A DNA stretch of 64,000 bases from contig JAYZAL010000011.1 of NCBI GenBank assembly GCA_036339735.1, positions 1 to 64,000 on the forward strand. The letters are read 5' to 3'. The position numbers and the translations under genes were made by a program. Below the pieces are notes generated by a model that ran no database searches, was not told where the DNA came from, and worked only from the letters and a program-made list of their open reading frames with translations. This stretch comes from Candidatus Poribacteria bacterium. GTDB taxonomy: Bacteria > Poribacteria > WGA-4E > UBA9662. This document shows positions 21,513 to 32,542 of this stretch, piece by piece (the stretch's first letter is position 1; each line of letters opens with the position of its first letter).

Positions 21513-23600
21513 TTGGGCTTCCTAAATCCAGCTTTTTTGTTCGCTCTAGTGGCAACCACGATACCTTTACTAATTCATTTATGGCATCGCCGCCAAGCTA
21601 AACGTATCAATTTCGGTAGTCTGATATTTTTGACACTTGCACATAGGCAGACAGCTCGACGTATACAACTATACAATTGGATAATTCTGATTCTACGTAT
21701 GATAATTGTTGCCCTGATCACTTTGGCTATTTGTCGCCCCTTACTGAAAAAAAATTTATTTTTCGCTGGCTATAGGACTAAGACTAGTTGTGTTATTATC
21801 CTAGATCATTCATACAGCATGGGTTACCAAGATGCCGATGGGCAACGTTTTTCCCTTGCTCAAGAAAAAGCAATTGATGTTCTCGGTTCCCTAAGAAATG
21901 GAGACGAAGCTACACTGATACTAATGTCTAATACGGCTTTAGCTATTTTCCCACAACTAACCAGTGACCTTCAGTCCATAAGAACAGCAATACAACAGTC
22001 TCAATTAACTAATCAAACTACAAGTATCACAAATAGTTTAGATTTAGCTCATGAAATTTTGGCCGAATCCAAAAATCGTAATCGAGAAATTTATTTGATC
22101 ACCGATCTTGCTGGTTGGGAAGAAACTCAACCCATCGCGAATCAATCGAACTCTAAAATTTTCATTCTGCCCATTGGTCAACAATTAGCTGAAAACACAG
22201 GATTAACGTCGGTAACCACAAATACACCTCTGTTTACTACTGACCTTCCAGTTCACGTTGAAGTCGAGGTAAGTAATTTTACAGATGCACCATTGGCTCA
22301 AACATCAGTAGAAGTTTTTTTTAATGACCAAAAGCGACGTGAGTTACAAGTTCCAAGCCAGTCTAATTCTATGCTGTCGGTCGGTTTCACTCACAAATTC
22401 AATCGCATTGGCACACATCTAGGTTATTTTGAGTTACCACCAGACCGACTCGAAACAGATAATCGAAGGTATGTTGTTTTTGATATTTATGGAGAAATCA
22501 GAACTTTGTGTGTTTCTGATAATTCACTTTACCTGCAAACGGCACTAAACCCTTCATTTACGGATTCAATGAACTCATCAACTACAGTCAAAACGGAACT
22601 CTATACAAACATCCTGCCAACTATCATCAATACGGACAACCTAATAGATATTTCAACAGAAGATTGGGATCTACTACTAATAGCTGATTTGGATAGATTT
22701 TCAACTGAAATGGTTCAGAAGTTACAGTCTTTTTTGAGAGATGGAAAAAGTGTTATCCTATTTACCGGGTCTAATTTGAACATTGATAGTAAACTCCTTG
22801 ACTGGCTTGGTGTTAATTTATCAGGCAAAATCAATTGGACACCACCTTCTAAAATCGTCTTAAAAGAAGAACAACATCCTATTTTTGACCCTTTTTTACC
22901 TGCTGATTTTTCCAGTGAACTAGCTCCACGATTTTTCCATAGTGCAAGAGTATCAGTAAATAAGTCTGCTCAAGTCTTAGCTTATTTGGAGAACCAAGAA
23001 ACAAAAACGCCATTTTTAGTCGAGTATAAACCAGAAATCACAAGTGGTTACAACAAAGGAACTGTAATAGTATTTAACACATCAGCTTATTCGTTAACTG
23101 ATACAAGTCTATTGGTTTCTCCTCACTTTCTTCCTTTAATCCAACAAGCGGTATTGTATACTAAGTCTCGACAAAAAGTGATTGATCGTAAGCTGATCGT
23201 CGGTCAAGAATTCACCTTAGACGTTGGAGGGCAAGTAGATCAGGTGCAAATTACTACTCCCAATTCCACAGAACCACTTACTATCGAAGCGAAGGAAGTA
23301 ATTCATTTTGACCAGACGGATCATCCAGGCTTTTACCAAGTCGATATTTATTCCCAAGGGAGAAAAGAGCGCGAATTCTTTACTGTCAACGTATCCTCTC
23401 AAGAATCTGACTTACGGCCTATTGACATAGAAAAAGCTAAAGAAACTATATCGGCACAACAACTAGTCGAAGATAAAGAATTAAGTCAAAGACTAAATAG
23501 ACTTCGGCAAGGACAAGAAATTTGGGGCGAATTGCTCACGCTAGCGTTATTACTGTTCGGAATCGAAAGTCTAATTGCTAATAGGAATCAGAAAAATTAG
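21513..23600 (+). CDS. BatA N-terminal / vWA domain membrane protein
   Basis: FLNP..PLLIHL BatA motif, MIDAS-like ILDHSYSM, ITD, ESDL and C-terminal TM (EIWGELL..IESL); TTG start with AGGAG. Confidence 0.88.
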   Translation: MGFLNPAFLFALVATTIPLLIHLWHRRQAKRINFGSLIFLTLAHRQTARRIQLYNWIILILRMIIVALITLAICRPLLKKNLFFAGYRTKTSCVIILDHSYSMGYQDADGQRFSLAQEKAIDVLGSLRNGDEATLILMSNTALAIFPQLTSDLQSIRTAIQQSQLTNQTTSITNSLDLAHEILAESKNRNREIYLITDLAGWEETQPIANQSNSKIFILPIGQQLAENTGLTSVTTNTPLFTTDLPVHVEVEVSNFTDAPLAQTSVEVFFNDQKRRELQVPSQSNSMLSVGFTHKFNRIGTHLGYFELPPDRLETDNRRYVVFDIYGEIRTLCVSDNSLYLQTALNPSFTDSMNSSTTVKTELYTNILPTIINTDNLIDISTEDWDLLLIADLDRFSTEMVQKLQSFLRDGKSVILFTGSNLNIDSKLLDWLGVNLSGKINWTPPSKIVLKEEQHPIFDPFLPADFSSELAPRFFHSARVSVNKSAQVLAYLENQETKTPFLVEYKPEITSGYNKGTVIVFNTSAYSLTDTSLLVSPHFLPLIQQAVLYTKSRQKVIDRKLIVGQEFTLDVGGQVDQVQITTPNSTEPLTIEAKEVIHFDQTDHPGFYQVDIYSQGRKEREFFTVNVSSQESDLRPIDIEKAKETISAQQLVEDKELSQRLNRLRQGQEIWGELLTLALLLFGIESLIANRNQKN

Positions 23601-23608
23601 CGTTTTTA

Positions 23609-24793
23609 CTATAATTGATAGGATGTTAATTCGTATGTGACAGGCTGATCAGCAGTGGGAAAGTATTCGTATTTAACTACCCCAACGTGGGGTATAACCC
23701 AGTATCGAGCCGCCGGTAATAAATTAGTGCCATCTGGAGGCTGAGTATCGTCTCCAAGGTCTTCTAACTTAGTGGATTCGTCGCTACTAGATGTGAAAAG
23801 TTCTTTACCCTCAATAATCTCCTCCACTAAATACCCATCAGTAAAATACCCAGCAGGAACACTTATACTCACCTGATCATCTATAACACGTCGTTTCACT
23901 CTAACGGTAGGGCTGACAGTCTGTTCTAATACTGTCCATTCAAGGTCTTTTCGTAAGGGAAAAACCCATAACTTACGGAAGTTGGGGTGTACATTGTGCA
24001 TAATAGGAGGCATGGCATTACCAAAATAAAGGTCAAAGGCTCGTTCAGCGAACTCAGTTGATGACTTGAAGAAATAAGTGGCATAAATAGGAAGAGCTGC
24101 GCCAACCAGTAGTTTTCCATTTTGTCGGAAATAACAGCCATTGGATGACAAGTGATCTGTTGTTTGTCTGGTATAGACCGATAGTTGGTTGGTTTCACGG
24201 CGAATAATATAGGGCTTAAAAATATCTTGTATTAACCAATCGCCTGCTGTTGCTTGGACCGAAGGCGTATTTGCCTTTTTGATAGTTAGTGGATCAGGTA
24301 ATCTAATACCGTTTCGGTTAAAAATACCAACGATTAGTGTCTCTAGCTCCCGCTTGATTGCCAAATCTTCTAACTGCCCAGTATTGAGTTCTTCGTCCTC
24401 TTTCCCTTCTTCGAATTCCGGTAATTCAATACGAGATAATTCATCCAAAATCCGATCAAACTCTTGATCCATATCGAAAAGGTATAATTCGCCCCCTGGA
24501 TTTTCAGCGTTCTCATATTTAGAGGTCATCTGACGGAAAGTAAACCCTGCATCAAAACGAGTTTCCTCAGTTACGGACAGTTGGTGCATCTGGTCCGGAT
24601 TCTCTACATTCTGATACTGCCATTTAGCTCCAGTAGGAGTTGGAAATTCAGGAGCATGAAGTCCATCAGTTCTCGGCATTTGAAATTTGGATTCATCAAT
24701 TGGATCAAAAAAGCCCTCACTACTACAACCAAATAAAACTATCATTGATAGTAGAAATAGGGAAAAAGACGGTTTGATTACCTGTAAAGTCAT
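23609..24793 (-). CDS. Hypothetical lipoprotein
   Basis: Lipobox-like LFGC after hydrophobic stretch; C-terminal VSVPAG-like (ISVPAGYF)..YWVIPHVGVVKY beta-rich signature. Confidence 0.75.
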   Translation of the reverse strand: MTLQVIKPSFSLFLLSMIVLFGCSSEGFFDPIDESKFQMPRTDGLHAPEFPTPTGAKWQYQNVENPDQMHQLSVTEETRFDAGFTFRQMTSKYENAENPGGELYLFDMDQEFDRILDELSRIELPEFEEGKEDEELNTGQLEDLAIKRELETLIVGIFNRNGIRLPDPLTIKKANTPSVQATAGDWLIQDIFKPYIIRRETNQLSVYTRQTTDHLSSNGCYFRQNGKLLVGAALPIYATYFFKSSTEFAERAFDLYFGNAMPPIMHNVHPNFRKLWVFPLRKDLEWTVLEQTVSPTVRVKRRVIDDQVSISVPAGYFTDGYLVEEIIEGKELFTSSSDESTKLEDLGDDTQPPDGTNLLPAARYWVIPHVGVVKYEYFPTADQPVTYELTSYQL

Positions 24794-24819
24794 TAGAAAA
24801 TTAAAATTTTATATTGCCC

Positions 24820-26064
24820 CTATAGTGTCTCGTCAATTTGCTTCGCAACTGCCAAGGCTTTAGCACTAACCCCCAAAACTGACAAGAATCCTTCAGAGTC
24901 AGCATGATTAAAATCACCGATATCTTCCATGGAAGCCGTTTCTTCTGAATAAAGAGAATGAGGTATAGAAACTGCTGAGTGAAACGAAATATTTCCCTTA
25001 TAAAGAGTTACGGTAATCTTGCCACTTGCCAAACTTTTGAATGGTTGAAGAGCTGCTAGCTGGCTTTGAGTGGCAGGATCAAACCAATACCCCTCGTAAA
25101 TCTGTTCAGCTATTAGATCAGACAACCGATTAAAAACGCGCCTTGAACGTCGATCGAGAATCAGTTGTAAAAGATATTCGTAGCACTGACCGAGTACCTC
25201 CATTCCTGGAGACTCGTAAACTCCACGGCTTTTGATACCTACAAAACGATTTTCAACCACGTGAATACCAATTCCCACACCGTTTCGACCACCAATTTCG
25301 TTAGCCAATTCAAAGGCCTCCACTAAAGAACACAACTTCCCATTGATCTCGGTAGGCCTACCTTTCTCAAATCGGATAGTCATGTGCTCAGCTTTATCCG
25401 GTGCATCTTTAGGGTGCAGCCCCATCCCTGGTGTGATGAAATTGGCTGGGGTCTGCAGGGATTCTAATTTACCTGCCTCGTGAGTTAATCCTAATAAATT
25501 AGCATCGGTTGAATATGGTTTCTCATAGGTTGCGGTAATAGGTATATTGTTTTGGTTACAAAAGTCGATCATTTCTTTCCGACCGCCAAATTGTTCTAAA
25601 AAAGCTTCGTCGCGCCAAGGTGCATACACCTCAAAATTGGGTTCGATCATGTTAGTTGCTAACTGAAAACGAACTTGATCATTTCCCCTGCCAGTGGACC
25701 CATGGGATAAGATCGTTATCCCACGCTTCTTCATGGATTCTAATAAGACTGCAACAGTGACGTGCCGGGCAATTCCAGTCGTATTCCAATATCCACCTTC
25801 GTAAGTTGCTTGTGCTTGAATCAATTGTAATCCCGCTTCAGCCAATTGGTCAACAGCGACCACCACAGTTGAGTCGAGGGCTCCACAGTTCAACATCCGA
25901 TTCCGTATTTCGTTCATATCTTTCTCATCAGGTTGTCCTAAATCGGCGGTGAAGCAGAATACATCCACTCCATGATCAACTAACCATCGAGTAATTGTAC
26001 AACTGTCTAGTCCGCCAGAAACGGCTATACCAACGGACCTTCCTTTTAATTGATTTATCTTCAA
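24820..26064 (-). CDS. argG: Argininosuccinate synthase
   Basis: AVSGGLDS, HGSTGRGNDQVRF, YSTDANL, ENRFVGIKSRGVYE. Confidence 0.97.
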   Translation of the reverse strand: MKINQLKGRSVGIAVSGGLDSCTITRWLVDHGVDVFCFTADLGQPDEKDMNEIRNRMLNCGALDSTVVVAVDQLAEAGLQLIQAQATYEGGYWNTTGIARHVTVAVLLESMKKRGITILSHGSTGRGNDQVRFQLATNMIEPNFEVYAPWRDEAFLEQFGGRKEMIDFCNQNNIPITATYEKPYSTDANLLGLTHEAGKLESLQTPANFITPGMGLHPKDAPDKAEHMTIRFEKGRPTEINGKLCSLVEAFELANEIGGRNGVGIGIHVVENRFVGIKSRGVYESPGMEVLGQCYEYLLQLILDRRSRRVFNRLSDLIAEQIYEGYWFDPATQSQLAALQPFKSLASGKITVTLYKGNISFHSAVSIPHSLYSEETASMEDIGDFNHADSEGFLSVLGVSAKALAVAKQIDETL

Positions 26065-26356
26065 TTTTTATCCCTTTATGTAATCGGTTTAGTCTTATAC
26101 TAGTATTAGTTTATATCTTCAGATTACGTTGAAATTATGAAACCATTCTTTTAGGCTTTATTCAACTAGGTTCTATCTTTTCAGCACGATCAATGAAACG
26201 CTTATGTAAAAGATGAATTGTCGAATTTCATGATCCATACGACCAAACAGTTACCATTAATAATCCATTTGGGAAAGCCCAGAGCACAATTTTTTATTCT
26301 CATATTTGAGATCAACAACCGACCGTATTATAACACAACTAAATATCCACTCAGCT

Positions 26357-27562
26357 CTATAATCTGTCATCAGAATGACGAGGTAAAGTCTCTGGCACTA
26401 ATCGCCAAAAAATTAGTACGGCTAAATATCCGATGACAGATAAAAATATAATTGATGTCCGTAGATGCCACAAGTCAGCAAGACCACCAACCAGAAGCGG
26501 CCCTATATTTGCCCCGATATCCCCCGTTACTCTCCACCAACTTAAAAAACCATTTACATTCTCGGCGGGAGCCAAGTCCGCACCTAAAGTCATCATAGTT
26601 CCCGAACACAGACCATTACCGATACCCATAAAAATCGTTGAGAGCAATAACGGCCAGAAGTTTTGAGTAAATGCCATAGCCAATATACCAGTAGCAAATA
26701 TACTAAAACCAGGGATCATCGATGATTTACGGCCATATTTATCCATTAGAGCGCCAGCTACAGGAAACATCAACATATCAACTGCGGATGAAACCGCAAC
26801 AACTTGCCGCACAAGCTTAGGTGCCAACCCAACTATATCATTAGCAAAAAGTGGTACGAGTAAAGTCCGGCCTCTACGAATAGTTTGAATACAAACCTGT
26901 GCAAAACCAGCAGTAATTAAAATGATAAAATTGGTCTTTATCAAATTCCATTGGTTTCCCCATATATTTTTCAAACTCTGGGAAGACGAATCAATTGTTA
27001 CTGATCCTGTGAAATAGTCTTCAACAAAAATGTAACATATCGTACCCGTACATATTGCAGTGGCTGCATAAACAAAGAAAGGCAATCTTAAATTTTCACC
27101 CAGAAAAATTACTACTATTTGTCCTAAGAAAGAAGCAATTCGATTAATCCCACCAAAAATAGCCAACGATCTACCTCGACTGGTAATCGGAATTCTTTCG
27201 GTCATAAAGGCATGCCGCGATAGTGCCCATAAGGCAGTACCTATACCACTGAAGAGTTGCAAAAACACTAAATGATAAATTGTAGTCGCTAATCCAATAC
27301 CGATACTTGACACCGAGAGTATCACGGTCCCAAGCACCATGGATCGCTTATAGCCAATTCTACCTAGTAATAATCCAGCTGGAATATTACCTAAGACAGC
27401 TGTTGCAATAACAAACATCGTCATGGAATACGACAAATCGAATGACTTGATATAGAGGCTCAGAGTTGGATTAACAACGCCATGACCGAAGGCTAGCAAA
27501 AAGGTTGGCAGGTAAATAGCTAAAATGAGGCTCCGGCTAGAGAATTGATCGCGGGAACTCAT
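26357..27562 (-). CDS. MFS transporter
   Basis: About 12 hydrophobic segments; MFS motif A (GALMDKYGRK). Confidence 0.9.
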   Translation of the reverse strand: MSSRDQFSSRSLILAIYLPTFLLAFGHGVVNPTLSLYIKSFDLSYSMTMFVIATAVLGNIPAGLLLGRIGYKRSMVLGTVILSVSSIGIGLATTIYHLVFLQLFSGIGTALWALSRHAFMTERIPITSRGRSLAIFGGINRIASFLGQIVVIFLGENLRLPFFVYAATAICTGTICYIFVEDYFTGSVTIDSSSQSLKNIWGNQWNLIKTNFIILITAGFAQVCIQTIRRGRTLLVPLFANDIVGLAPKLVRQVVAVSSAVDMLMFPVAGALMDKYGRKSSMIPGFSIFATGILAMAFTQNFWPLLLSTIFMGIGNGLCSGTMMTLGADLAPAENVNGFLSWWRVTGDIGANIGPLLVGGLADLWHLRTSIIFLSVIGYLAVLIFWRLVPETLPRHSDDRL

Positions 27563-27635
27563 TACATTATATTAGCGATGCACCGATCCACAATAGTTAT
27601 CAAATAATACATTGACAATTGCTGAGCAAGATAAT

Positions 27636-28466
27636 CTATTGGTGTGCAAACGGGTTAGTCAAGTAATCAATTTTATGGTCAACAAAAATAGCATTGTGAT
27701 CCAAGTCAGGGTTGACAAAAGCTGACTCACAGCCTGTTTGGTAATACAATTTCCGTTCACGCTTTAACCATTTGATATTGTATACACAGGCGATCATATG
27801 TCGTGGGCGGTTAGTATGATTGGTTACCCCCCGGTGCCAGAGACGTACATCGCGAATTAGAACTCCTCCCTTTTTGACATTACCTCGTACTGGCGGACAA
27901 ATATCATTTCTGAGATTCTCTACTATATTAGTTAATTCTTGAGTGGTATCCAGATGAGTTCCTGGCCATAATTCTGTGCTACCATTTTCTTCGTTGGTAT
28001 CTCCGGGCGAGATATTAACCACAATAGACGCTGTCGGGTGAGGTTTACTCATATTAGTCCATAGGATTGGCCCGTCCCGATGTAGTGGTTGAATTTGACT
28101 GTCGGGGCAATTAGTATTGCCATTATAAAAACCATTGAATGCTCGGCTACCCAATAAGGACTTAGTTATCTGAATTACAAAGGGGTTAGCGACAACATCC
28201 TCAACAACATAAGGTGGGTGAAGAGGGGGACCTTGTTGTAGATGTCCAGATATTCTTCCTGCTCCTCCCCAACGTTTTTCTTTGATTAAAATGGCTGAAT
28301 CCTTGTCCATTTGTTCACTAATTTGACTTAGATCTTCACGATTGACAATATTCTCGATAATAGCATAACCATCTTGTCGAATGGCATCTATTACCGAGAT
28401 CAACATTTTTTCTGAAAGACGCCGATTGGCAATTTGGAAAGTATTTGGAGTAAAAACGTTCATCAA
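27636..28466 (-). CDS. Phytanoyl-CoA dioxygenase (PhyH) family Fe/2OG oxygenase
   Basis: QPLHRD, NGSTELWPGTH, LWHRG..N..R. Confidence 0.9.
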   Translation of the reverse strand: MMNVFTPNTFQIANRRLSEKMLISVIDAIRQDGYAIIENIVNREDLSQISEQMDKDSAILIKEKRWGGAGRISGHLQQGPPLHPPYVVEDVVANPFVIQITKSLLGSRAFNGFYNGNTNCPDSQIQPLHRDGPILWTNMSKPHPTASIVVNISPGDTNEENGSTELWPGTHLDTTQELTNIVENLRNDICPPVRGNVKKGGVLIRDVRLWHRGVTNHTNRPRHMIACVYNIKWLKRERKLYYQTGCESAFVNPDLDHNAIFVDHKIDYLTNPFAHQ

Positions 28467-28472
28467 AGATCT

Positions 28473-29795
28473 TTAGAATGTACTTTGCGATGTTGTCGAT
28501 GAGCACCATCGAGCTCTACACAAAAAGTCAAACATAATTGTTTCTGACTGCTCAGTCCCAATACGTTTCAGCGATTCTAAGGAATTGGCCCTGACATACC
28601 GATTTTCATCTTGGAGGGCTTTTTCCAATTCGGTGGTAGCTGACTGAGCCAACGGACCCAATCGAGATAAGGCTAGGGAAGCATTACGTTTTACCCATTC
28701 ATCTTTATCTTGTAATGCTGCCGCGAGTACTGGCACTACCTTAGCAGATTTTTGACCAACTAGACCAAGAGCATCAATACTTGCACGTCTAATCGTTGGA
28801 TTCTCGTCGCCGGCAACCGAAATTATTTGATCTAAAACAGTAGTTGATTCGAGTCCAAGATCACCTAGGGTATCAATAGCAGAAACTCGAACAGATTCAT
28901 CATTATGATCCATTAATTGCGCAAGAGGTTCGACCGCTAATGCTCCCATGGTAGCTAAACCATAACTGGCGTTCTGTCGCACACCTTCGCTAGATCCCGT
29001 CATTGCACAAATTAAATCAGAAATACTAGATTCTCCTTGTTCACCGAGCTGATACGCTGATCGGATAGCTAGAGCTTCATCTGATTGTGCCAGATCTTGA
29101 ACTGAAACTTCGCTTGCATTTGATTCAATTTGTACCGAGCTACTAGTGTGCCATCGCCACATTGCGCGATGTAGTGGATCACTAACTTGCCAGTTAGTGC
29201 TGTGAATTTCCTTTGGCTCTTCCATCCGGGCAAATAAAAATTTCAACATGAATCTTTTGCGGTCAGTTACATTCGGCATTGCACGATGCCACAGGTCATA
29301 GTGTACGATAACCACAGTTCCAGCGACACCATCTAATGCGATTTCATCCGTCGTGCCTGGGCCATGATTCAAGTAATGACTGCCAGGTGTAATACCCGTT
29401 GGCCCCTGCTCGACCGGCGTATCCTGTGGATAGTAAAAAGCCATTGCCCAGCGAGTATGGTGTCGCCGCTTTGACCATGAATCTTTGTGCAGGTTTTGTC
29501 CACTACTACCGGGCGCATTGAAATGTGGATGTCTGTGTGGATGGGCGTAGTAATTTGGCCCCACAATACTAGTTAATGCTCCATCAATTACAGGATCGGT
29601 TAAGACTTCCTGAATCTCAGGAATTCGAGGTACCATATTATTACCCGGATTACCTTCCTTCTCAAATACCATTTCCATTTTTTCAAAAATTTTCTGATGT
29701 AGTTGAGCGGGACGACTACTTTTAAGACTAATGTACCCATTTTCGATATAAAACTGAAGTTGGGAACTTGTTAATAAGTGATCGTTTAAGTTCAT
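28473..29795 (-). CDS. PhyH-family dioxygenase fused to C-terminal HEAT repeats
   Basis: LHKDS..GPT..PGSH..HYDLWHR; repeated LxDxxxxVRxxAxxALG units. Confidence 0.88.
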   Translation of the reverse strand: MNLNDHLLTSSQLQFYIENGYISLKSSRPAQLHQKIFEKMEMVFEKEGNPGNNMVPRIPEIQEVLTDPVIDGALTSIVGPNYYAHPHRHPHFNAPGSSGQNLHKDSWSKRRHHTRWAMAFYYPQDTPVEQGPTGITPGSHYLNHGPGTTDEIALDGVAGTVVIVHYDLWHRAMPNVTDRKRFMLKFLFARMEEPKEIHSTNWQVSDPLHRAMWRWHTSSSVQIESNASEVSVQDLAQSDEALAIRSAYQLGEQGESSISDLICAMTGSSEGVRQNASYGLATMGALAVEPLAQLMDHNDESVRVSAIDTLGDLGLESTTVLDQIISVAGDENPTIRRASIDALGLVGQKSAKVVPVLAAALQDKDEWVKRNASLALSRLGPLAQSATTELEKALQDENRYVRANSLESLKRIGTEQSETIMFDFLCRARWCSSTTSQSTF

Positions 29796-29839
29796 TATTT
29801 ACTCCTACTTTGTGGTAAATTTGTTTGATACTTTGCTGA

Positions 29840-30574
29840 TTAGTCTGAATTGTAACTCGATAATTCAGTGTTAATTTCCTGAGAAATTTCCACTACACGT
29901 TTTAACTTATCAGCTTGTTTCCTGAGTCGGTTATCGTAATCCTCGGTTATGGGCTCACTTAAGAGAATAACGGTTTGATGCAAAGAATTTAGTGAGGAAT
30001 TGATATCTTCGTCGAGCTTTTCTAAGTTAACATTGATTCTTTTCAAATTTGCTAATTGTTGTTTTAGAGTTTGGTCCTTGGTTATCAACTTCGACTGAAA
30101 TTGGGTATTATCTTCCTTAGCCATAGCTAAACGAGTTTTTTCCAGTTCAGAACGTAATTTCAATACATCGGTCTTGGACAATTGTTGTCTGTATTGATTT
30201 CGTTTTTCAATAACTACGACAGTTTCTGATTTCAAAACTTGGAAAGCATTGGGAATTTCAGCTGCAATGAACTGCTGACTAATTTTATTGTCAACTAAAT
30301 CATTGAAGGCCCATTCTAGTTCAATCAAACGCTGAATGTCAATTTTGCCAGTTTCATCTAGTTTTTCTATCAATTCTTGGTAGGATTCTTCTGGTAATTC
30401 TTTCTTGAATCTTGATTTTGGTTTTCTAATTCGGATGGGAATGAGTGCAAATTTAGCGACAATGGATAGAACAGCTAGGCTAGGAGCAAGACCAGCCAGA
30501 CCAAACCTTGTTAACAACCATGTGGCGATCAATAAACCAGTAGCCAAGATCACTAAAGAAATCAACATTTGCAT
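29840..30574 (-). CDS. Hypothetical membrane-anchored coiled-coil protein
   Basis: Two N-terminal TM segments followed by heptad-rich helix. Confidence 0.7.
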   Translation of the reverse strand: MQMLISLVILATGLLIATWLLTRFGLAGLAPSLAVLSIVAKFALIPIRIRKPKSRFKKELPEESYQELIEKLDETGKIDIQRLIELEWAFNDLVDNKISQQFIAAEIPNAFQVLKSETVVVIEKRNQYRQQLSKTDVLKLRSELEKTRLAMAKEDNTQFQSKLITKDQTLKQQLANLKRINVNLEKLDEDINSSLNSLHQTVILLSEPITEDYDNRLRKQADKLKRVVEISQEINTELSSYNSD

Positions 30575-30690
30575 TGAAGAAGAATGAGAACTTGAAAGGA
30601 GGACGTACGTTCTGCTATTCTAACACAGGTTGTTAAGTGTTTCAAATTCAACTAATACTAATGCCAATTTCTTGATAATACTCATGTTTA

Positions 30691-31296
30691 ATGAATGAAC
30701 TCAATGATCTATTCCCCAATATTACGTTAGCATCAGCTTCACCTCGTAGGTGCAAACTACTACAACAGATTGGATTAAAATTTACCGTATCTCCAAGTCA
30801 AATCCAAGAACCAGAACTTGATGGCAAAAATGTTGAAGATATCGAAAAGGGGGTTCAAGAATTGGCCCTGAAAAAAGCTGATTATGTAGCTCAAAAACAG
30901 GGCACTGGATTAATAATCGGCTCGGACACAACAGTTGTGTTTCAATCAAAGTCCTTGGGAAAACCAAAGGGACGATTTGAAGCTAAAAGAGTTCTAAAAA
31001 TGCTGAGCAATGGTCAACATAGGGTTTTGACTGGTATTGCATTAATTGATGTTAATCGAAACAAAAGAAAGGTCTGGTGTGAAGGCACAAACGTTTTTTT
31101 TCGGCCTTTGACTGATACTGAGATTGAAGATTATGTGTCTAGTGGTGAAGCAGACGATAAGGCAGGCTCCTATGGTATCCAGGGTAAAGCCGCTATATTT
31201 GTTGAACGGATTGATGGATGCTATTTCAATGTCATGGGTCTACCGGTAGCCAGCTTGGTCCAAGAAATGAGAATCTTGGGCAATTCTAGTATGTAG
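30691..31296 (+). CDS. maf: Maf family nucleoside triphosphate pyrophosphatase (YhdE-like)
   Basis: LASASPRR, GSDT, GKP, DKAGSYGIQG, NVMGLP. Confidence 0.95.
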   Translation: MNELNDLFPNITLASASPRRCKLLQQIGLKFTVSPSQIQEPELDGKNVEDIEKGVQELALKKADYVAQKQGTGLIIGSDTTVVFQSKSLGKPKGRFEAKRVLKMLSNGQHRVLTGIALIDVNRNKRKVWCEGTNVFFRPLTDTEIEDYVSSGEADDKAGSYGIQGKAAIFVERIDGCYFNVMGLPVASLVQEMRILGNSSM

Positions 31297-31297
31297 T

Positions 31298-32542
31298 TTA
31301 CTGTTCTTGTATTTGAGCTAAGGTCGCTGATAGGCGTTCAACTTGTTCGCGGCGTATACGCTTGTGAACTCGGTCCGACATCTCTCTTTTTTGATGCATT
31401 TCGTCTAGGTGAGCTATAAACTCCAACCGGACTTTTTTTGTCGCTTCTAAATCCATTGTGTTTGATTTCTTTAACCAACTAGCATCTGGCACTACTTCCG
31501 TAGCTACAGGCGTAACAGATTCAACTTGGTCTGATTTTCGAATTCTCAATACTAATGTAAAAGCAAACCCAGCTAAGCAAATCACTAAGCCAATTACTAG
31601 AATAATCTGTAGCGTTGGTGAAGAGGGAGTGTTCTTCATTTTTATCTGGATTGTCTGCCCAATCCCAATCGGATTAATCGCTTGGTAGACTGAATAGACG
31701 ACATTATGAATCGTCTGTGAACTTTTTGTACCTAAGCTTTGTGATTGAACAAAAAAGGGAAGTGATTCGGGAATTAGCAACTGAAAATCTTCTGTTAGGA
31801 ATGGCTGTGTTCGGGACAAGTCGATAACCTTGTCAGTATGTAAAATGTAAGTAACTGTTAAGTCTGTTTGTCCTGTAGGAATTGGTGCTGGGACTCTCAG
31901 CGGATCTTCGCTCATACTGTCTTGAGTAAATTCTATACTTGCGCTTCCTGCCTGAATTTGTTCTGCCCCCGTCGGTAAATCTAATAAACAGGCTAGTAGT
32001 TGCCCGTTAATTTCCTGTTGAAATCCAAATTGACTGCTGTTTTCTATTCGCAAAATTTCAAGGGCTTGAACTGCTTCGCCATGTGCATGATCAGGTAGGG
32101 GGCGAAGAATTACCGAATGGCGCAGTATTTTAATGACCTGAGGATCATTTATAAAAGCGTTTAAGTTTAAGTCAAGGTCAACCGTAACGGAAGGTATCCA
32201 GTTAGTCACCATGATATCCTCTTCTTGTTCAGTCTTTCCTTCAAATTCAGTGGAAATTGTATAGTGGATGGAGAAACTGAGAGGTAAATTCCGAAATTCA
32301 TAAAATCCGTCTTCGTTCGTTTTGATTTCTTTACTATCAGGTAAGTCTCCTTCTTTTTCTTCTTGATTTTTCTGAAACGCTTCTAGGACCACCGAGTGAT
32401 TAACCAATGGGTGATTTTGACCAAAATCGAAGACTCGACCTTGTATTTGACCCTTTTGGTTTGCACTACCCCTAATAGAAAAGAACAATGACAAGGAAAA
32501 CATCAGCAAACAATAAAAAGCAATATTAATGATTTTCTGCAC
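31298..32542 (-). CDS. Hypothetical exported protein with carboxypeptidase-regulatory-like N-terminal domain and C-terminal TM plus short helical tail
   Basis: Signal peptide, GQIQGRV..TNEDGFYEFRNL, late TM, AHLDEMHQKREMSD tail. Confidence 0.7.
   Translation of the reverse strand: MQKIINIAFYCLLMFSLSLFFSIRGSANQKGQIQGRVFDFGQNHPLVNHSVVLEAFQKNQEEKEGDLPDSKEIKTNEDGFYEFRNLPLSFSIHYTISTEFEGKTEQEEDIMVTNWIPSVTVDLDLNLNAFINDPQVIKILRHSVILRPLPDHAHGEAVQALEILRIENSSQFGFQQEINGQLLACLLDLPTGAEQIQAGSASIEFTQDSMSEDPLRVPAPIPTGQTDLTVTYILHTDKVIDLSRTQPFLTEDFQLLIPESLPFFVQSQSLGTKSSQTIHNVVYSVYQAINPIGIGQTIQIKMKNTPSSPTLQIILVIGLVICLAGFAFTLVLRIRKSDQVESVTPVATEVVPDASWLKKSNTMDLEATKKVRLEFIAHLDEMHQKREMSDRVHKRIRREQVERLSATLAQIQEQ

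Noticed and set aside
26065-26356. ArgR boxes or small ORF upstream of argG
   Set aside because: Only weak AT-rich similarity; the 26218-26436 ORF overlaps the MFS gene antisense and has no motif.
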